A stretch of 64,000 nt of DNA from Synechococcus sp. (GTDB lineage: Bacteria; Cyanobacteriota; Cyanobacteriia; PCC-6307; Cyanobiaceae). The position numbers and the translations under genes are program-made. Under the pieces are notes generated by a model. It saw only the letters and a program-made list of their open reading frames with translations, was not told the origin of the DNA and made no database searches. The stretch is taken from NCBI GenBank assembly GCA_047284725.1, contig JBJBEO010000001.1:1816203-1880202 (forward strand), read 5' to 3'. Shown here one piece after another: positions 26,337-36,286 of this stretch (positions are counted from its first letter, which is position 1; each line of letters starts with the position of its first letter).

Positions 26337-27909
26337 CCAAGCTCTCGCTCACAGTGTTCAGTCTGTCGAGTTTGGCCTCGAGATACGCCAGAAACGCAGC
26401 GCTGCTCAACGGCTCACCACTCACCCGTTCCACCAGTTGTTCCGCATTCAAGGCACGCCCGATCGGATGCACATGCTCGCGCAACCAGGTCAGCAGGGGG
26501 GCAACATCCCCGGCTGCTACATGCTCTTCCGGAGATCCAATCGCCGCCGCCATGGCCTCACTGAGCTGAGCACTCACCAGATGCCCCAGCAGATAGGAAG
26601 GGAAATACCCGAAGAGCCCCTCCGACCAGTGCACATCCTGAAGGCAGCCCTCAGCATCATTGGCAGGCACCACGCCGAGCAACTCCCGGTAGCGGCGGTT
26701 CCATTCCTGGGGAAGATCATCCACGCCGAGTCCCTGTTCCAGCAGAGCGAGCTCCAGATCCGTGCGGATCATGATGTGCAGGCCGTAGCTGAGCTCATCG
26801 GATTCCACCCGATTCGTGCCCGGGGCAATCGGGTTCATCGCTTGCCAGAGCATGCCGGCGGAGTCAATCGCAGCGCCTTCAGACTGGAAACGCTGCCACC
26901 ACTGTTGGGCGAATGGCTGACTGCGGGCCACACGGTTTTCCCAGAACAAGGACTGGCTTTCATGCACCGCCATGGACGTGGCCTGCCCCAGGGGCCAGGC
27001 AAACCACTGATGGCTGGCGTCAGGCAATCCCTGCTCATAAAGGGAATGCCCCCATTCGTGGGCTGTCGCCAGAAAACAGGACAGGGGCTGTCCTGGCACC
27101 ACCCTGGTGGTGAGCCTGAAGTCGTGAGGACCGAGCGTGATCGAGAACGGATGGGGTGACTCCGCCACACAGGTGATCGCCTCATCCCGTCCCCAGGCCT
27201 GAAGCAACTGATCGCAGAGCCGCTGCTGCTGAGCAGGGCTGAGATCCCAGCTGAGCCGGCGTGGACGCGGAACGGTCTGGACCTGATCAAGCAGTTCAGG
27301 CAGACGCTGGCGAAGGGGCGCAAACAGAGCCTGGAGGCGGTCAAGGCGGAGATCAGGCTCGAAGGGTTGCGCCAGGGTTTCCCAACAACTGCGACCTTCA
27401 TCCAGCTGCCGGGCCTGCTCCTGCCGCAGGCTGATCAAACGACGAAGGGCGGGAGCAAACAGTGAAAAATCACTGGCAGCACGCGCTTGCTGCCAGACGT
27501 CGTACCCCTCGGCCTTCGCCGTGGCCAGGGCAGCGACCAACTCAGGATCCTGCCGTCGCTGGCGCCTCAGTTCCTGCTCCAGCAGATCGAGATTGCGACC
27601 GTGCGCATCGATCAACGCAGGAGCACGATCGGCGCGATCTCTCTGCTGCTGCCACTCGGAACGGGCCTCAGCGACAAGCTCTGCATAGACATCAGAACTC
27701 TGGCGCTGATGCAGCTGTCTGGCCAGCAGCGTCAGCTGCTCGCCACGCCAGGGAGCGCCACCTGAAGGCATCCGGGTGTTCTGATCCCAGTAAAGGGTGC
27801 TTTGAACACTGCCCAGCAGCTTCGTCTCCCTGAGATAGCTACCGAGCCGGGACCAGGCCTGTTCACCGCTCACTCCAGATTCCACGTACCGGATACACCA
27901 CGATCGCAA
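26311..27909 (-). CDS. carboxypeptidase Taq-like (M32)
   Basis: HPF, HEWGH zinc motif, HESQS, NRVESDE, GCLQDVHWSEGLFGYFPSY; true start probably near 27873. Confidence 0.95.
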   Translation of the reverse strand: MRSWCIRYVESGVSGEQAWSRLGSYLRETKLLGSVQSTLYWDQNTRMPSGGAPWRGEQLTLLARQLHQRQSSDVYAELVAEARSEWQQQRDRADRAPALIDAHGRNLDLLEQELRRQRRQDPELVAALATAKAEGYDVWQQARAASDFSLFAPALRRLISLRQEQARQLDEGRSCWETLAQPFEPDLRLDRLQALFAPLRQRLPELLDQVQTVPRPRRLSWDLSPAQQQRLCDQLLQAWGRDEAITCVAESPHPFSITLGPHDFRLTTRVVPGQPLSCFLATAHEWGHSLYEQGLPDASHQWFAWPLGQATSMAVHESQSLFWENRVARSQPFAQQWWQRFQSEGAAIDSAGMLWQAMNPIAPGTNRVESDELSYGLHIMIRTDLELALLEQGLGVDDLPQEWNRRYRELLGVVPANDAEGCLQDVHWSEGLFGYFPSYLLGHLVSAQLSEAMAAAIGSPEEHVAAGDVAPLLTWLREHVHPIGRALNAEQLVERVSGEPLSSAAFLAYLEAKLDRLNTVSESLDGSIAERP

Positions 27910-28156
27910 ACCTCAAAACGCAGCGCGAGCTCAAGCCAAGACCTTCAGGACCCTAACGACAGCCGCCAAGCCAACTACCATCCAACGGCCAACCAACCTT
28001 GATCGAATGACTGACAATCAGAAAGCCCACATCCGGCTCAACACCCGGTTGCAACGCATCATCACGTTGTGGGCGCACAACGAACAGACATCGCACTCCA
28101 AGGCCTCTTTAAAACGAGTGAATAAGACCTAGAATCAGCACATCCGCGCCGCAAAA

Positions 28157-28738
28157 GTGCAAGAAGCCGACTACAGCAAGAGCGCGAAGATCGGAGAGAT
28201 TGATCGACTGCTAACTAAACCCGGAGAAATCGACCGACTCCTTGACCACATCGATCAAGACATCGTCAAATCCAAAGCCAGAAAAAAGACTCGGACCACA
28301 AACCAGCCAATCAAACAGCGCCATCATGCCCGGAGCGATCGAACAAACCTCCTCAAGATCGGCAGCCTCTCCTTCCTCCTCGGAGGAGTGATCGCAACAG
28401 GGCACTTCTACAGTCAAAACTCGTCCGCCAGTTCCGAGCCTGCACAACTGAAAAACCGCGAATTGGAAGCGAGTCTGCAACCAACAACCCCTGTCATCAT
28501 CGAGGCCACTGACGACTGTTGGATCTCAGTTCGCAGTGCCTCCAGGTCAATCCTTTATGAAGATGTTCTTCAAGAGGGCAAATCCTTACGTTTGATCCTT
28601 CCCAGTGGCTTTGAGATCTACGCAGGCCGGCCGGAGTCCCTGACGGTCAAGATCAACGGAACCGAAAGCAGCCTCAGTCCTCAGCTGCGCTGGCATCCAT
28701 TTCCAGGACAGGAATCAGAAGAGCATTCACGCCTCTAA
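28157..28738 (+). CDS. membrane protein with a C-terminal RodZ-like (DUF4115) domain
   Basis: TM followed by IEATDDCWISVR..ILYEDVL..EIYAGRPESLTVKING. Confidence 0.75.
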   Translation: MQEADYSKSAKIGEIDRLLTKPGEIDRLLDHIDQDIVKSKARKKTRTTNQPIKQRHHARSDRTNLLKIGSLSFLLGGVIATGHFYSQNSSASSEPAQLKNRELEASLQPTTPVIIEATDDCWISVRSASRSILYEDVLQEGKSLRLILPSGFEIYAGRPESLTVKINGTESSLSPQLRWHPFPGQESEEHSRL

Positions 28739-28992
28739 CAGCAGCGTCGCGCAGATCCCATCCAGGCCCTCTCACTGAGCACAAGAACTCATCACAGAAC
28801 GTCGATCTGCGCTTAGACCATCAGTACGACCGAGGGGGCGACACCAGCCGTCAGGTCGCAGGTGGGGCTGTCGAGCGGCCTCACTGTCAGGTCATTTCTC
28901 CTGGGAGTAGGACCGGGGGAAATGACCCCTGTTGATCAGTCAGGGGAACTGACGGATGCACACGCACCCAAACCTGGCAAAGCCGGTCCGGA

Positions 28993-29151
28993 TCAGTCGA
29001 GCTTGAAAAACAACTTCGACTCGATCGCAAGCTCATCGTGTTCGTCCACACCGTCACCTTCGACGAGCTCAATCGCAAAGTCTTTGTCGGTGAGCTCGTG
29101 GACGATTTTCTGACCTTCGAGAAGGTTATGAACAATCAGAATGCGTTTCAT
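28993..29151 (-). CDS. small acidic hypothetical protein (52 aa, not in the ORF track)
   Basis: MKRILIVHNLLEGQKIVHELTDKDFAIELVEGDGVDEHDELAIESKLFFKLD*; GGAGG not assigned to this strand, call rests on codon usage. Confidence 0.55.
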   Translation of the reverse strand: MKRILIVHNLLEGQKIVHELTDKDFAIELVEGDGVDEHDELAIESKLFFKLD

Positions 29152-29187
29152 TGCAAACATGTGGAGGTTGACCAGGCCAGCAACGCC

Positions 29188-29502
29188 TCAGCCTCCTGAA
29201 TCTTCCACATCGGAGCCGGAACCAACAGAGCCCTCCATCTCCTGACCAGGCCGCCATCCCTGCGACCAGAGTCCTCGACACTTGGCGTTGAGGGCGTCGC
29301 GGTCAAGCCCCCAGTGCTTCATCGCGCGTTCGATGTCGTCCTGAATATCGGGCGATCCCGGGAAGCCTTCGTAACGCATCAGCAGCCTTGCAGCGTGCGT
29401 GAGTTGTTCAGGTCCCGGTTTACCATCATGCCCGAGCAGAGAGTCAACAACCTCTCGATCCGTCGCGTACAGGGGATGGGTCTGAGAGGTGTCGTCTGCC
29501 AT
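29188..29502 (-). CDS. DUF3288 family protein
   Basis: QTHPLYATDREVVDSLL..ARLLMRYEGFPG..DIQDD..WGLDR. Confidence 0.85.
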   Translation of the reverse strand: MADDTSQTHPLYATDREVVDSLLGHDGKPGPEQLTHAARLLMRYEGFPGSPDIQDDIERAMKHWGLDRDALNAKCRGLWSQGWRPGQEMEGSVGSGSDVEDSGG

Positions 29503-29553
29503 GGGGAAAGTGTGCCACCAGACAACGTCCCTCGCCGCCAGGTGGACGGCTGC

Positions 29554-29859
29554 TCAGCCCCCATCCACCTGGCACCCGATCAGCACACCGGCCGCACCAC
29601 CGATCGGAACACCGATCCAGCGACCGTTTCCCCGAGACAGCATCGCTCCGAGGCCTGCCCCCAGCAAGCCCCCGATCACACTGCCTTCGATGCAGCTGTT
29701 GGTGTCAGCGGGCGCCGCAGGTCCACGCTCACGCACAAAACCCACTTCGGCATCATCACCCCGGTCAAGCCAAACAGGGTCGTAGCGATGATCAGCCAAC
29801 ACGGGTGGCATTCCCCAGGCACCGACAACCAGAGATGCAGCAACAATCCTTGTGAACAT
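29554..29859 (-). CDS. glycine-zipper 2TM domain protein
   Basis: DTNSCIEGSVIGGLLGAGLGAMLSRGNGRWIGVPIGGAAGVLIGCQVDGG. Confidence 0.85.
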   Translation of the reverse strand: MFTRIVAASLVVGAWGMPPVLADHRYDPVWLDRGDDAEVGFVRERGPAAPADTNSCIEGSVIGGLLGAGLGAMLSRGNGRWIGVPIGGAAGVLIGCQVDGG

Positions 29860-30120
29860 GGCAGGGCCAGCAACACATCAAGGCTGCTGGGCTTTGGTGC
29901 CGCCAGATGACTGAACGACGATGCAACTCTGAGCAGATGTGACTGCCCCGTCCATCGTCTTCGCCACCGGTCGATGGTCAGGACCTCACAATCTTCCCTG
30001 TCATGCACCACCCACCGCAGGACGCAAACGCTCGACCGCTGCCACGTGAAGAAGCGCGAAGCGTGCTCCCAGTTGCTCCCAGCATTGTCAGACTTTGTTG
30101 ACATAAACGGAGGGTGTGGG

Positions 30121-30342
30121 ATGAGCAACCCGATCAAGGCACCGGCTTGCCATTTGAGCTGGACTGTGACCAAGGTGTCTCGCCAGCTCTTTGCCGTTGC
30201 CGCCACCTTGAACGGTGCTGACTATGACTTCGTTGGCAACTTCCGGTCTTTGCGGGAAGCCCATGCCGCTGGAAGGCTTTATGCCCACAACCTTGCCCAT
30301 CAGCAGGTGAGTGCCACCCGTGAGAGGGTGCAGGCGGCTTGA
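30121..30342 (+). CDS. small hypothetical protein
   Basis: GGAGG upstream; DYDFVGNFRSLREAHAAGRLYA. Confidence 0.55.
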   Translation: MSNPIKAPACHLSWTVTKVSRQLFAVAATLNGADYDFVGNFRSLREAHAAGRLYAHNLAHQQVSATRERVQAA

Positions 30343-30354
30343 TTCAGGTCGGCT

Positions 30355-31266
30355 GTGCTGCCGCTGGTCTATCACCCCCTCTATTCCGCCCCACTCCCCA
30401 GCAGCCATCGCTTTCCGATGGCGAAGTTCAAGCTGCTGCATCAACTCCTACAGGCGCGGAACCTGGTTCAAGATCAGCAGATCCATCGCCCTTTGAGCAT
30501 CAGTCGACGGGATCTGGAAACCATCCACCGCCCTGATTATCACCGCGACTTCTGCCGAGGAAGCCTCAGCCGCGAGGCCCAGCGCCGCATCGGACTGCCG
30601 GCCACACGTCCCTTGGTCCACCGCACCTGGCTTGCGGTCGGAGGCACCTTACTCACGGCGCAGTTGGCCCTGAAGACAGGTCTTGCCTGTCACCTCGCCG
30701 GTGGGACCCACCACGCGCATCCAGGCTTCGGAAGCGGCTTCTGCATCTTCAACGACTGCGCCGTCGCAGCAGCCGTCCTGCTGATGCAGACCAGCGTGCA
30801 GCAGGTGCTGATCATCGACCTCGACGTGCATCAGGGAGACGGAACAGCGGCCTGCTTCAACGCCGACCCACGGGTCTTCACGCTGTCGGTGCATGCCCAG
30901 AGCAATTTCCCCCTGCGCAAGGTGAGCAGTGATCTCGACATCCCCCTAGCGGATCAAACGGGTGATGCCGCCTACATGGCAGCCATCGGCGATCAGCTCC
31001 CGGATCTGCTCGACCGTTTGCAACCGGATTTAGTGCTCTACAACGCGGGGGTGGATCCGCACCGTGATGACCGACTGGGAAGGCTGTGCCTCACCGACCA
31101 CGGCCTCCTGCAGCGCGATCGGCTTGTGCTGGATGCCTGCCTTCGCCGCAACATTCCTGTTGCCACCGTGATCGGCGGCGGCTACGACGACCTCCTTCCT
31201 CTCGTTGAGCGCCATGCCCTGGTGTTTCGCGCTGCGCTGGAACAGGCTCGGCTCTATGGAATCTGA
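30355..31266 (+). CDS. histone deacetylase/AcuC family protein
   Basis: HRFPMAKF, GGTHHA, GFCIFND, DLDVHQGDGTA, AGVDPH, GGGY. Confidence 0.95.
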   Translation: MLPLVYHPLYSAPLPSSHRFPMAKFKLLHQLLQARNLVQDQQIHRPLSISRRDLETIHRPDYHRDFCRGSLSREAQRRIGLPATRPLVHRTWLAVGGTLLTAQLALKTGLACHLAGGTHHAHPGFGSGFCIFNDCAVAAAVLLMQTSVQQVLIIDLDVHQGDGTAACFNADPRVFTLSVHAQSNFPLRKVSSDLDIPLADQTGDAAYMAAIGDQLPDLLDRLQPDLVLYNAGVDPHRDDRLGRLCLTDHGLLQRDRLVLDACLRRNIPVATVIGGGYDDLLPLVERHALVFRAALEQARLYGI

Positions 31267-31297
31267 AGCCAGAACAGTGCGGACAGCGCCGAGACGG

Positions 31298-31543
31298 TCA
31301 GAAACCGCGGCTGTCGTTTTGACGCATCTCCAGACGCAGACGCTGATAGCGGAGCACGGCGCGCTCCCGGTCAAGGTGGGGAAACAGCCAACAGGCCTCC
31401 TCAGCGTTCACAGGCTCGAGCAACCAGTCGTGAGCTGGATCCGGTGCCACCTGCTGGGGCGAGCGATCCCAGATCCGTTGGAGCGGAGAGGAGCAACTGA
31501 ACCAGACACGCCTGAAGCGATCAAACAAATCGAGAGGGTGCAC
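31298..31543 (-). CDS. small hypothetical protein
   Basis: WLLEPVNAEEACWLFPHLDRERAVLRYQRLRLEM. Confidence 0.55.
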   Translation of the reverse strand: MHPLDLFDRFRRVWFSCSSPLQRIWDRSPQQVAPDPAHDWLLEPVNAEEACWLFPHLDRERAVLRYQRLRLEMRQNDSRGF

Positions 31544-31552
31544 GGCGTCGGC

Positions 31553-31861
31553 TCAGTGTTTGCGGCAATAGCCGCCATCGGCATTGACCCATCCGGTGGG
31601 ACAGGGCGCGCCCCGAGAAGGACGCAGCGTGTACGTCATCAACCCCAGGGTGCTGCACTCCCTCTGGGCGACTGCGACGTAGCCGCGAGGACACGTGTCC
31701 TCCAGCTTGGGCACGACGCGTTGAGCCCAGGCGGCCGGGGCTCCGACCCAACCTGCAAGAGCACCGATCAACCCCACCGCCACGGCACTGCAAGCATTCC
31801 TCCCAGGCTGAAGCACCACTGCGGCATGGCAACACGGTCTCAAGATAGGAAGCGCGTTCAA
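31553..31861 (-). CDS. small secreted Cys-rich protein
   Basis: Signal segment followed by CPRGYV..C..PCPTGWV..GGYC; start probably downstream. Confidence 0.6.
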   Translation of the reverse strand: MNALPILRPCCHAAVVLQPGRNACSAVAVGLIGALAGWVGAPAAWAQRVVPKLEDTCPRGYVAVAQRECSTLGLMTYTLRPSRGAPCPTGWVNADGGYCRKH

Positions 31862-31905
31862 GTCCGTTCAACACCCACCACACTGGAGCCACCAGGATCC
31901 CGACC

Positions 31906-32190
31906 ATGGCCGCCACCCTGCTCAGCACAGACGAACTGAACAACCTTCACCAGACCCTTCCCCACTGGCAGTTGGTCAATGGCCAACTGGAGCGCCGCTG
32001 CCAGTTCGCTGATTTCGTCGGTGCGTGGGGATTCATGAGTCAGGTGGCACTGATGGCTGAAGCCATGAATCACCATCCCGACTGGAGCAATGTCTATGCG
32101 AGCGTCACCATTCGCCTCAGCACCCATGATCTTGGAGGCATCTCCACGCTCGATCGAACCCTTGCCCAGGCGATCGACCGCTTGCTTTGA
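31906..32190 (+). CDS. phhB: pterin-4-alpha-carbinolamine dehydratase
   Basis: FADFVGAWGFM..AEAMNHHPDWSNVY..LSTHDLGGIS. Confidence 0.93.
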   Translation: MAATLLSTDELNNLHQTLPHWQLVNGQLERRCQFADFVGAWGFMSQVALMAEAMNHHPDWSNVYASVTIRLSTHDLGGISTLDRTLAQAIDRLL

Positions 32191-33350
32191 AGCCTGCCAG
32201 CATGAAGAGTCCCCCTTGCAACGCCATGACCGCCACCCCCACCAGCGCAGTGATGCCGACCAGTGGCGTGCCGGTCACGATTCTCACTGGGTTTCTCGGT
32301 GCAGGCAAAACCACACTGCTCAACCACATCCTCACCAACCAGAACGGAGTGAAAACAGCCGTTCTGGTGAATGAATTCGGCGAGATCGGCATCGATAACG
32401 ACCTGGTGATCAGCACCGGGGAAGACATGGTGGAGCTGAGCAACGGCTGCATCTGCTGTTCGATCAACGGCGAGCTGCTCGAGGCCGTCGACCGAATCCT
32501 GACCCGTCCGGACCCCGTTGACTATCTCGTGGTGGAGACCACAGGCCTGGCAGACCCCTTGCCAGTGGCCATGACGTTCCTGGGGAGTGAGCTGCGCGAT
32601 CAGACGCGCCTCGACTCGATCATCACCCTGATCGATGCCGAAAACTTCAGCCCTGATCTGCTGGAGAGTGAAGTGGGACGCTCTCAGGTGGTCTATGGCG
32701 ACATCCTGCTGCTCAACAAGACGGATCTGGTCAATGAGGAGCGTTTGCAGGCCATCGAAACGACCTTGAGAGAGGTCAAAAAGGACGCGCGCATCCTGCG
32801 TTCTGAAAAGGGCAATGTCCCCCTGCCACTGCTCATGAGTGTGGGTCTGTTTGAAAGCGACAAGGTGGTGAGTGCAGCCGATGACCCCACCCTCGACCAC
32901 AGCGACTGTGACCATGACCATGGGCACTGCAGTCACGACCATCACGACCACGGCGACCACAGCCATGACCATGACCACAGCCACAGCCACAGCCACAGCC
33001 ATGACCACAGTCACAGCCACGGCCAAGGCACCGACCATCTAGCGATTGAGGGCTACACCTCTCTCTCCTTCAGCAGCGATGGCCCCTTCGCCCTGCGCAA
33101 ATTTCAAAACTTTCTCGACAATCAGCTGCCCGCCACAGTGTTCAGGGCCAAGGGAATCCTGTGGTTCAACGAAAGCGAACGCCGCCACGTGTTCCATCTG
33201 GCAGGCAAGCGCTTCTCCATCGACGACAGCGATTGGCCCGGAGAACGCAAGAACCAGCTGGTGATCATCGGTCGGGACCTCGACCACAACACCCTGCGGA
33301 AACAGCTGCGGGCCTGCGTGGCCAAGGACGCCGGCACAGGTTTCGGTTGA
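32187..33350 (+). CDS. COG0523/CobW-family G3E GTPase (metallochaperone) with His-rich linker
   Basis: GFLGAGKTT, NEFGE, GCICC, ETTG, NKTD, His-rich tract, FRAKG; start probably near 32226. Confidence 0.95.
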   Translation: MKPASMKSPPCNAMTATPTSAVMPTSGVPVTILTGFLGAGKTTLLNHILTNQNGVKTAVLVNEFGEIGIDNDLVISTGEDMVELSNGCICCSINGELLEAVDRILTRPDPVDYLVVETTGLADPLPVAMTFLGSELRDQTRLDSIITLIDAENFSPDLLESEVGRSQVVYGDILLLNKTDLVNEERLQAIETTLREVKKDARILRSEKGNVPLPLLMSVGLFESDKVVSAADDPTLDHSDCDHDHGHCSHDHHDHGDHSHDHDHSHSHSHSHDHSHSHGQGTDHLAIEGYTSLSFSSDGPFALRKFQNFLDNQLPATVFRAKGILWFNESERRHVFHLAGKRFSIDDSDWPGERKNQLVIIGRDLDHNTLRKQLRACVAKDAGTGFG

Positions 33351-33422
33351 TGCAATCGGACGCAATCCCTACAAGCAGGATTGGCACAGCTTGCTTAGGG
33401 TGTCTGAATCTCAGGAGATGCC

Positions 33423-33569
33423 ATGATTGAACTCCTCACCGCAACACTGGCTCTGACAGCCCTTGGTGTTGCTCTGTGGATGATGGCTGACTCTGACGAC
33501 GACAATTCCGGTGGCGGCCTGATGGAACCTGTGCTGGTACCCATTCCGGTCCGCAACACCCGCCGCTGA
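33423..33569 (+). CDS. small single-TM protein (48 aa, not in the ORF track)
   Basis: AGGAG SD; MIELLTATLALTALGVALWMMADSDDDNSGGGLMEPVLVPIPVRNTRR*; followed by a terminator. Confidence 0.75.
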   Translation: MIELLTATLALTALGVALWMMADSDDDNSGGGLMEPVLVPIPVRNTRR

Positions 33570-33586
33570 AACGGTCTTCGTGTTCC

Positions 33587-33622
33587 AAAAACCATCGCTC
33601 CCCAGGGAGCGGTGGTTTTTTT
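33587..33622 (+). terminator. intrinsic terminator
   Basis: AAAACCATCGCTCC-CCAG-GGAGCGGTGGTTTTTTT. Confidence 0.85.
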
Positions 33623-33653
33623 GTGTCCGAGCCAGCCAGGCGAATAACGCTAT

Positions 33654-33704
33654 TGCGTATCATTCGCACCTTGCGAGCCAAGGCTAATGCGTATCACTCT
33701 CAAT
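33654..33704. promoter_or_regulatory. tandem Fur-box-like sites upstream of futA
   Basis: TGCGTATCATTCGCA (33654-33668) and TGCGTATCACTCTCA (33688-33702). Confidence 0.65.
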
Positions 33705-34727
33705 AAGCGGCCAGTGCTGCGAATGGTTTCGCTCGGGCTGTTGCTGTCCGGAGCAGGCCTGCTGCAGGCCTGTGGTGCCAGCAAAGACAAGAGCATCGGG
33801 GTCTACTCCGGACGTCACTACAACACGGATCAGGAGCTGTATAAGCGGTTCACCCAAGAGACGGGAATCCGCGTTGAACTGCTGGAAGCCAAAGATGATG
33901 CACTGATCCAACGCCTGCGTTCCGAAGGTGACAACAGCCCCGCTGATGTGTTGATCCTGGCCGACGCTGCCCGACTGGATCGCGCCGCAGGCCTGAATCT
34001 CTTCCAGCCGGTGTCCTCGAAAACCTTGAGCCAGGCGATCCCCGCGACGCTGCGCGACCCAGAGAACCGCTGGTTTGGCCTCACCCGCCGCATGCGCGTG
34101 CCCATGGTCAACCCCAGCCAGGTCAAGCCCGATCAGGTGGGTCGCTACAGCAAGCTCTCCGATCCGTCTCTGGCCGGCAAACTCTGCCTACGCAACCGCC
34201 GCAGCGTCTACAACCAATCGTTGGTCGCCTTCATGATCGACCGAACCGGCGAGGAGTCCACGGCCCGTTGGATCAAGGGAATGGTCGCCAACCTGGCCCA
34301 ACCCGTGTTCAGCAGCGACACCCCGATGATCCGCGCAGTCGCCCAGGGCCAGTGTGGGGTGGCTTTAGCCAACACGTATTACCTGGCCCGCTTGCAGGCA
34401 GGCGATAAAGGGGCCGCCGATCAAACGCTGAGCCAATCGGTTGAGGTGGCATGGCCTGACCCCGTGCACGTCAACATCACGGGCGCTGGGGTCACCCGCG
34501 CCAGCAGCAATCCTGCTGCAGCCCAGCGCTTCGTGGAGTTCCTGGCCTCCAACCAGGCGCAGGGTGGCTATGCGGCCGCCAACCATGAATATCCAATCAA
34601 AGGGGTCGGCAACGATCCAGTGCTCAAGGCCTGGGGGACCTTCCGCCAAGCTGATGTCTCGGCCGCCAGGCTGGGCGACTTGAATGGCAAAGCACTACAA
34701 CTGATGACTGCGAACGGCTGGCAATGA
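33687..34727 (+). CDS. futA: Fe(III) ABC transporter substrate-binding protein FutA/IdiA
   Basis: LQAC lipobox, VYSGRHYNTD, SPADVL, VYNQSL, ANTYY, HVNITG; true start probably 33714-33724. Confidence 0.93.
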   Translation: MRITLNKRPVLRMVSLGLLLSGAGLLQACGASKDKSIGVYSGRHYNTDQELYKRFTQETGIRVELLEAKDDALIQRLRSEGDNSPADVLILADAARLDRAAGLNLFQPVSSKTLSQAIPATLRDPENRWFGLTRRMRVPMVNPSQVKPDQVGRYSKLSDPSLAGKLCLRNRRSVYNQSLVAFMIDRTGEESTARWIKGMVANLAQPVFSSDTPMIRAVAQGQCGVALANTYYLARLQAGDKGAADQTLSQSVEVAWPDPVHVNITGAGVTRASSNPAAAQRFVEFLASNQAQGGYAAANHEYPIKGVGNDPVLKAWGTFRQADVSAARLGDLNGKALQLMTANGWQ

Positions 34728-36286
34728 TCCAGGCGCCCCTGGCACCGACTGCCGGGCACCGCAGCTTCTGGCAACCCGGTCGACGCTGGCTGAGCATCTT
34801 GGCGGTGGTGCTGGCCGTGATGGCCCTGCTGCCGCTGGCAGGGCTCATCCAGGCTGGCCTCCAAGGACTGGGGGATGGAAGCGCCAGCCTTGGCGCTGAT
34901 GGTGGCCAGCAGATCGCCGGCACCATCACCCTGCTGCTCGGCACCACAGGCCTGGGCGCAGTGCTGGGGACCGCCAATGGTTGGTTGCTCGCCAATTGCC
35001 GCTTCCCAGGAAGGCGATTGCTGCGGGTCGCCCAGTTGTTGCCCCTTGCCACACCCTCCTACGTGCTGGCCGCCACACTGATCGATCTCGGGAGCCGCCA
35101 GGGCATCCGCATTCATGGCCTGAGCTGGGGAGTGCTGGTGATGGCGCTCTGCACCTATCCCTACGTTTTTCTGCTCAGCACCGAGAGTTTCACCATCTGC
35201 GGACGGCGCCAGCTCGAGGCCTGCCGATGCCTGGGCGTGGGGCCCTGGAACAGCTTTCGTCGGATTGCACTGCCGATGGCAATGCCAGCGATCGGCGCCG
35301 GCATCGCCCTGATGGGCATGGAAGTGGTGAATGAACTTGGAGCAGTGCAGTTACTCGGGATTCCAAGCCTGTCAGGCGGAATCCTTCAGGCATGGCAAGC
35401 GGAAGGGAATCCAGCCGGAGCGGTCGGGCTAGCCCTGATCACTCTCTGCATCGTGATGGTGCTCCTCATCGGAGAGCGTCGGCTTCGTCGACGCAGTCGA
35501 CGCTGGGCGGAAGGAGTGGCAGGCGGTGAATCACCGGCCTGGCCGCTCAACGGTGGGCGGGCGCTGATTGCACAGATCCTGGGAGCCATGCCGCCACTGC
35601 TGAGTCTGGGCACGCCCCTGCTGTGGGCCAGTGTCAACATCGATCAACTCAGCCAGAGCATCAGCCCTGAACTTCTGCTGCTCACAGGGCGCAGCCTGGG
35701 TCTAGCGCTCGCAGCCGCAGGCCTTGCCGTTGTGGCTGCCCTGCTTCTGTCCATCGCCAAACGATGGAGTCAATCGACGGGACTGCGAGGACTCACATTT
35801 CTGGCAGGCATGGGCTACGCCGTGCCTGGGGCCGTCCTCGCCCTTGCCCTGCAATTAATCGGGGGTCCTTGGCAGCTCGCACCGCTCGGCCTGCTGCTCT
35901 GGGGATACAGCGATCGTTTTCTCGCGGTCGCCAAAGGAGGCCTGGATGCCGCCCTTGAACGCCTGTCTCCAAGCCTTGATGAGGCTGCGACAGGTCTGGG
36001 GTGCCGCTGGCCAACGGTGCTGAAGCGCGTGCACCTCCCCCTGCTGCGAGGCCCTTTGGCGGTCGGTGGACTGCTGGTCTTTGTCGACACGGTGAAAGAA
36101 CTGCCGCTCACCTTCGCCCTGCGCCCCTTCAACTTCGACACCTTGTCGGTGCGGGTGTTCCAGTACGCCAGCGACGAACGCCTGGCAGCCGCCCTCCTGC
36201 CCACGATGATGATCCTCAGCCTCGGCTTAATCGCGTCTCTGGCACTCGTCCCAGGCCTTGAACAGGGTCCAAGCGTCGACGACTGA
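34724..36286 (+). CDS. futB: Fe(III) ABC transporter permease
   Basis: Two EAA-type loops (LEACRCLG, LDEAATGLG), PLATPSYV, VKELPLT..LRPFNFDTLSVRV. Confidence 0.93.
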   Translation: MIQAPLAPTAGHRSFWQPGRRWLSILAVVLAVMALLPLAGLIQAGLQGLGDGSASLGADGGQQIAGTITLLLGTTGLGAVLGTANGWLLANCRFPGRRLLRVAQLLPLATPSYVLAATLIDLGSRQGIRIHGLSWGVLVMALCTYPYVFLLSTESFTICGRRQLEACRCLGVGPWNSFRRIALPMAMPAIGAGIALMGMEVVNELGAVQLLGIPSLSGGILQAWQAEGNPAGAVGLALITLCIVMVLLIGERRLRRRSRRWAEGVAGGESPAWPLNGGRALIAQILGAMPPLLSLGTPLLWASVNIDQLSQSISPELLLLTGRSLGLALAAAGLAVVAALLLSIAKRWSQSTGLRGLTFLAGMGYAVPGAVLALALQLIGGPWQLAPLGLLLWGYSDRFLAVAKGGLDAALERLSPSLDEAATGLGCRWPTVLKRVHLPLLRGPLAVGGLLVFVDTVKELPLTFALRPFNFDTLSVRVFQYASDERLAAALLPTMMILSLGLIASLALVPGLEQGPSVDD

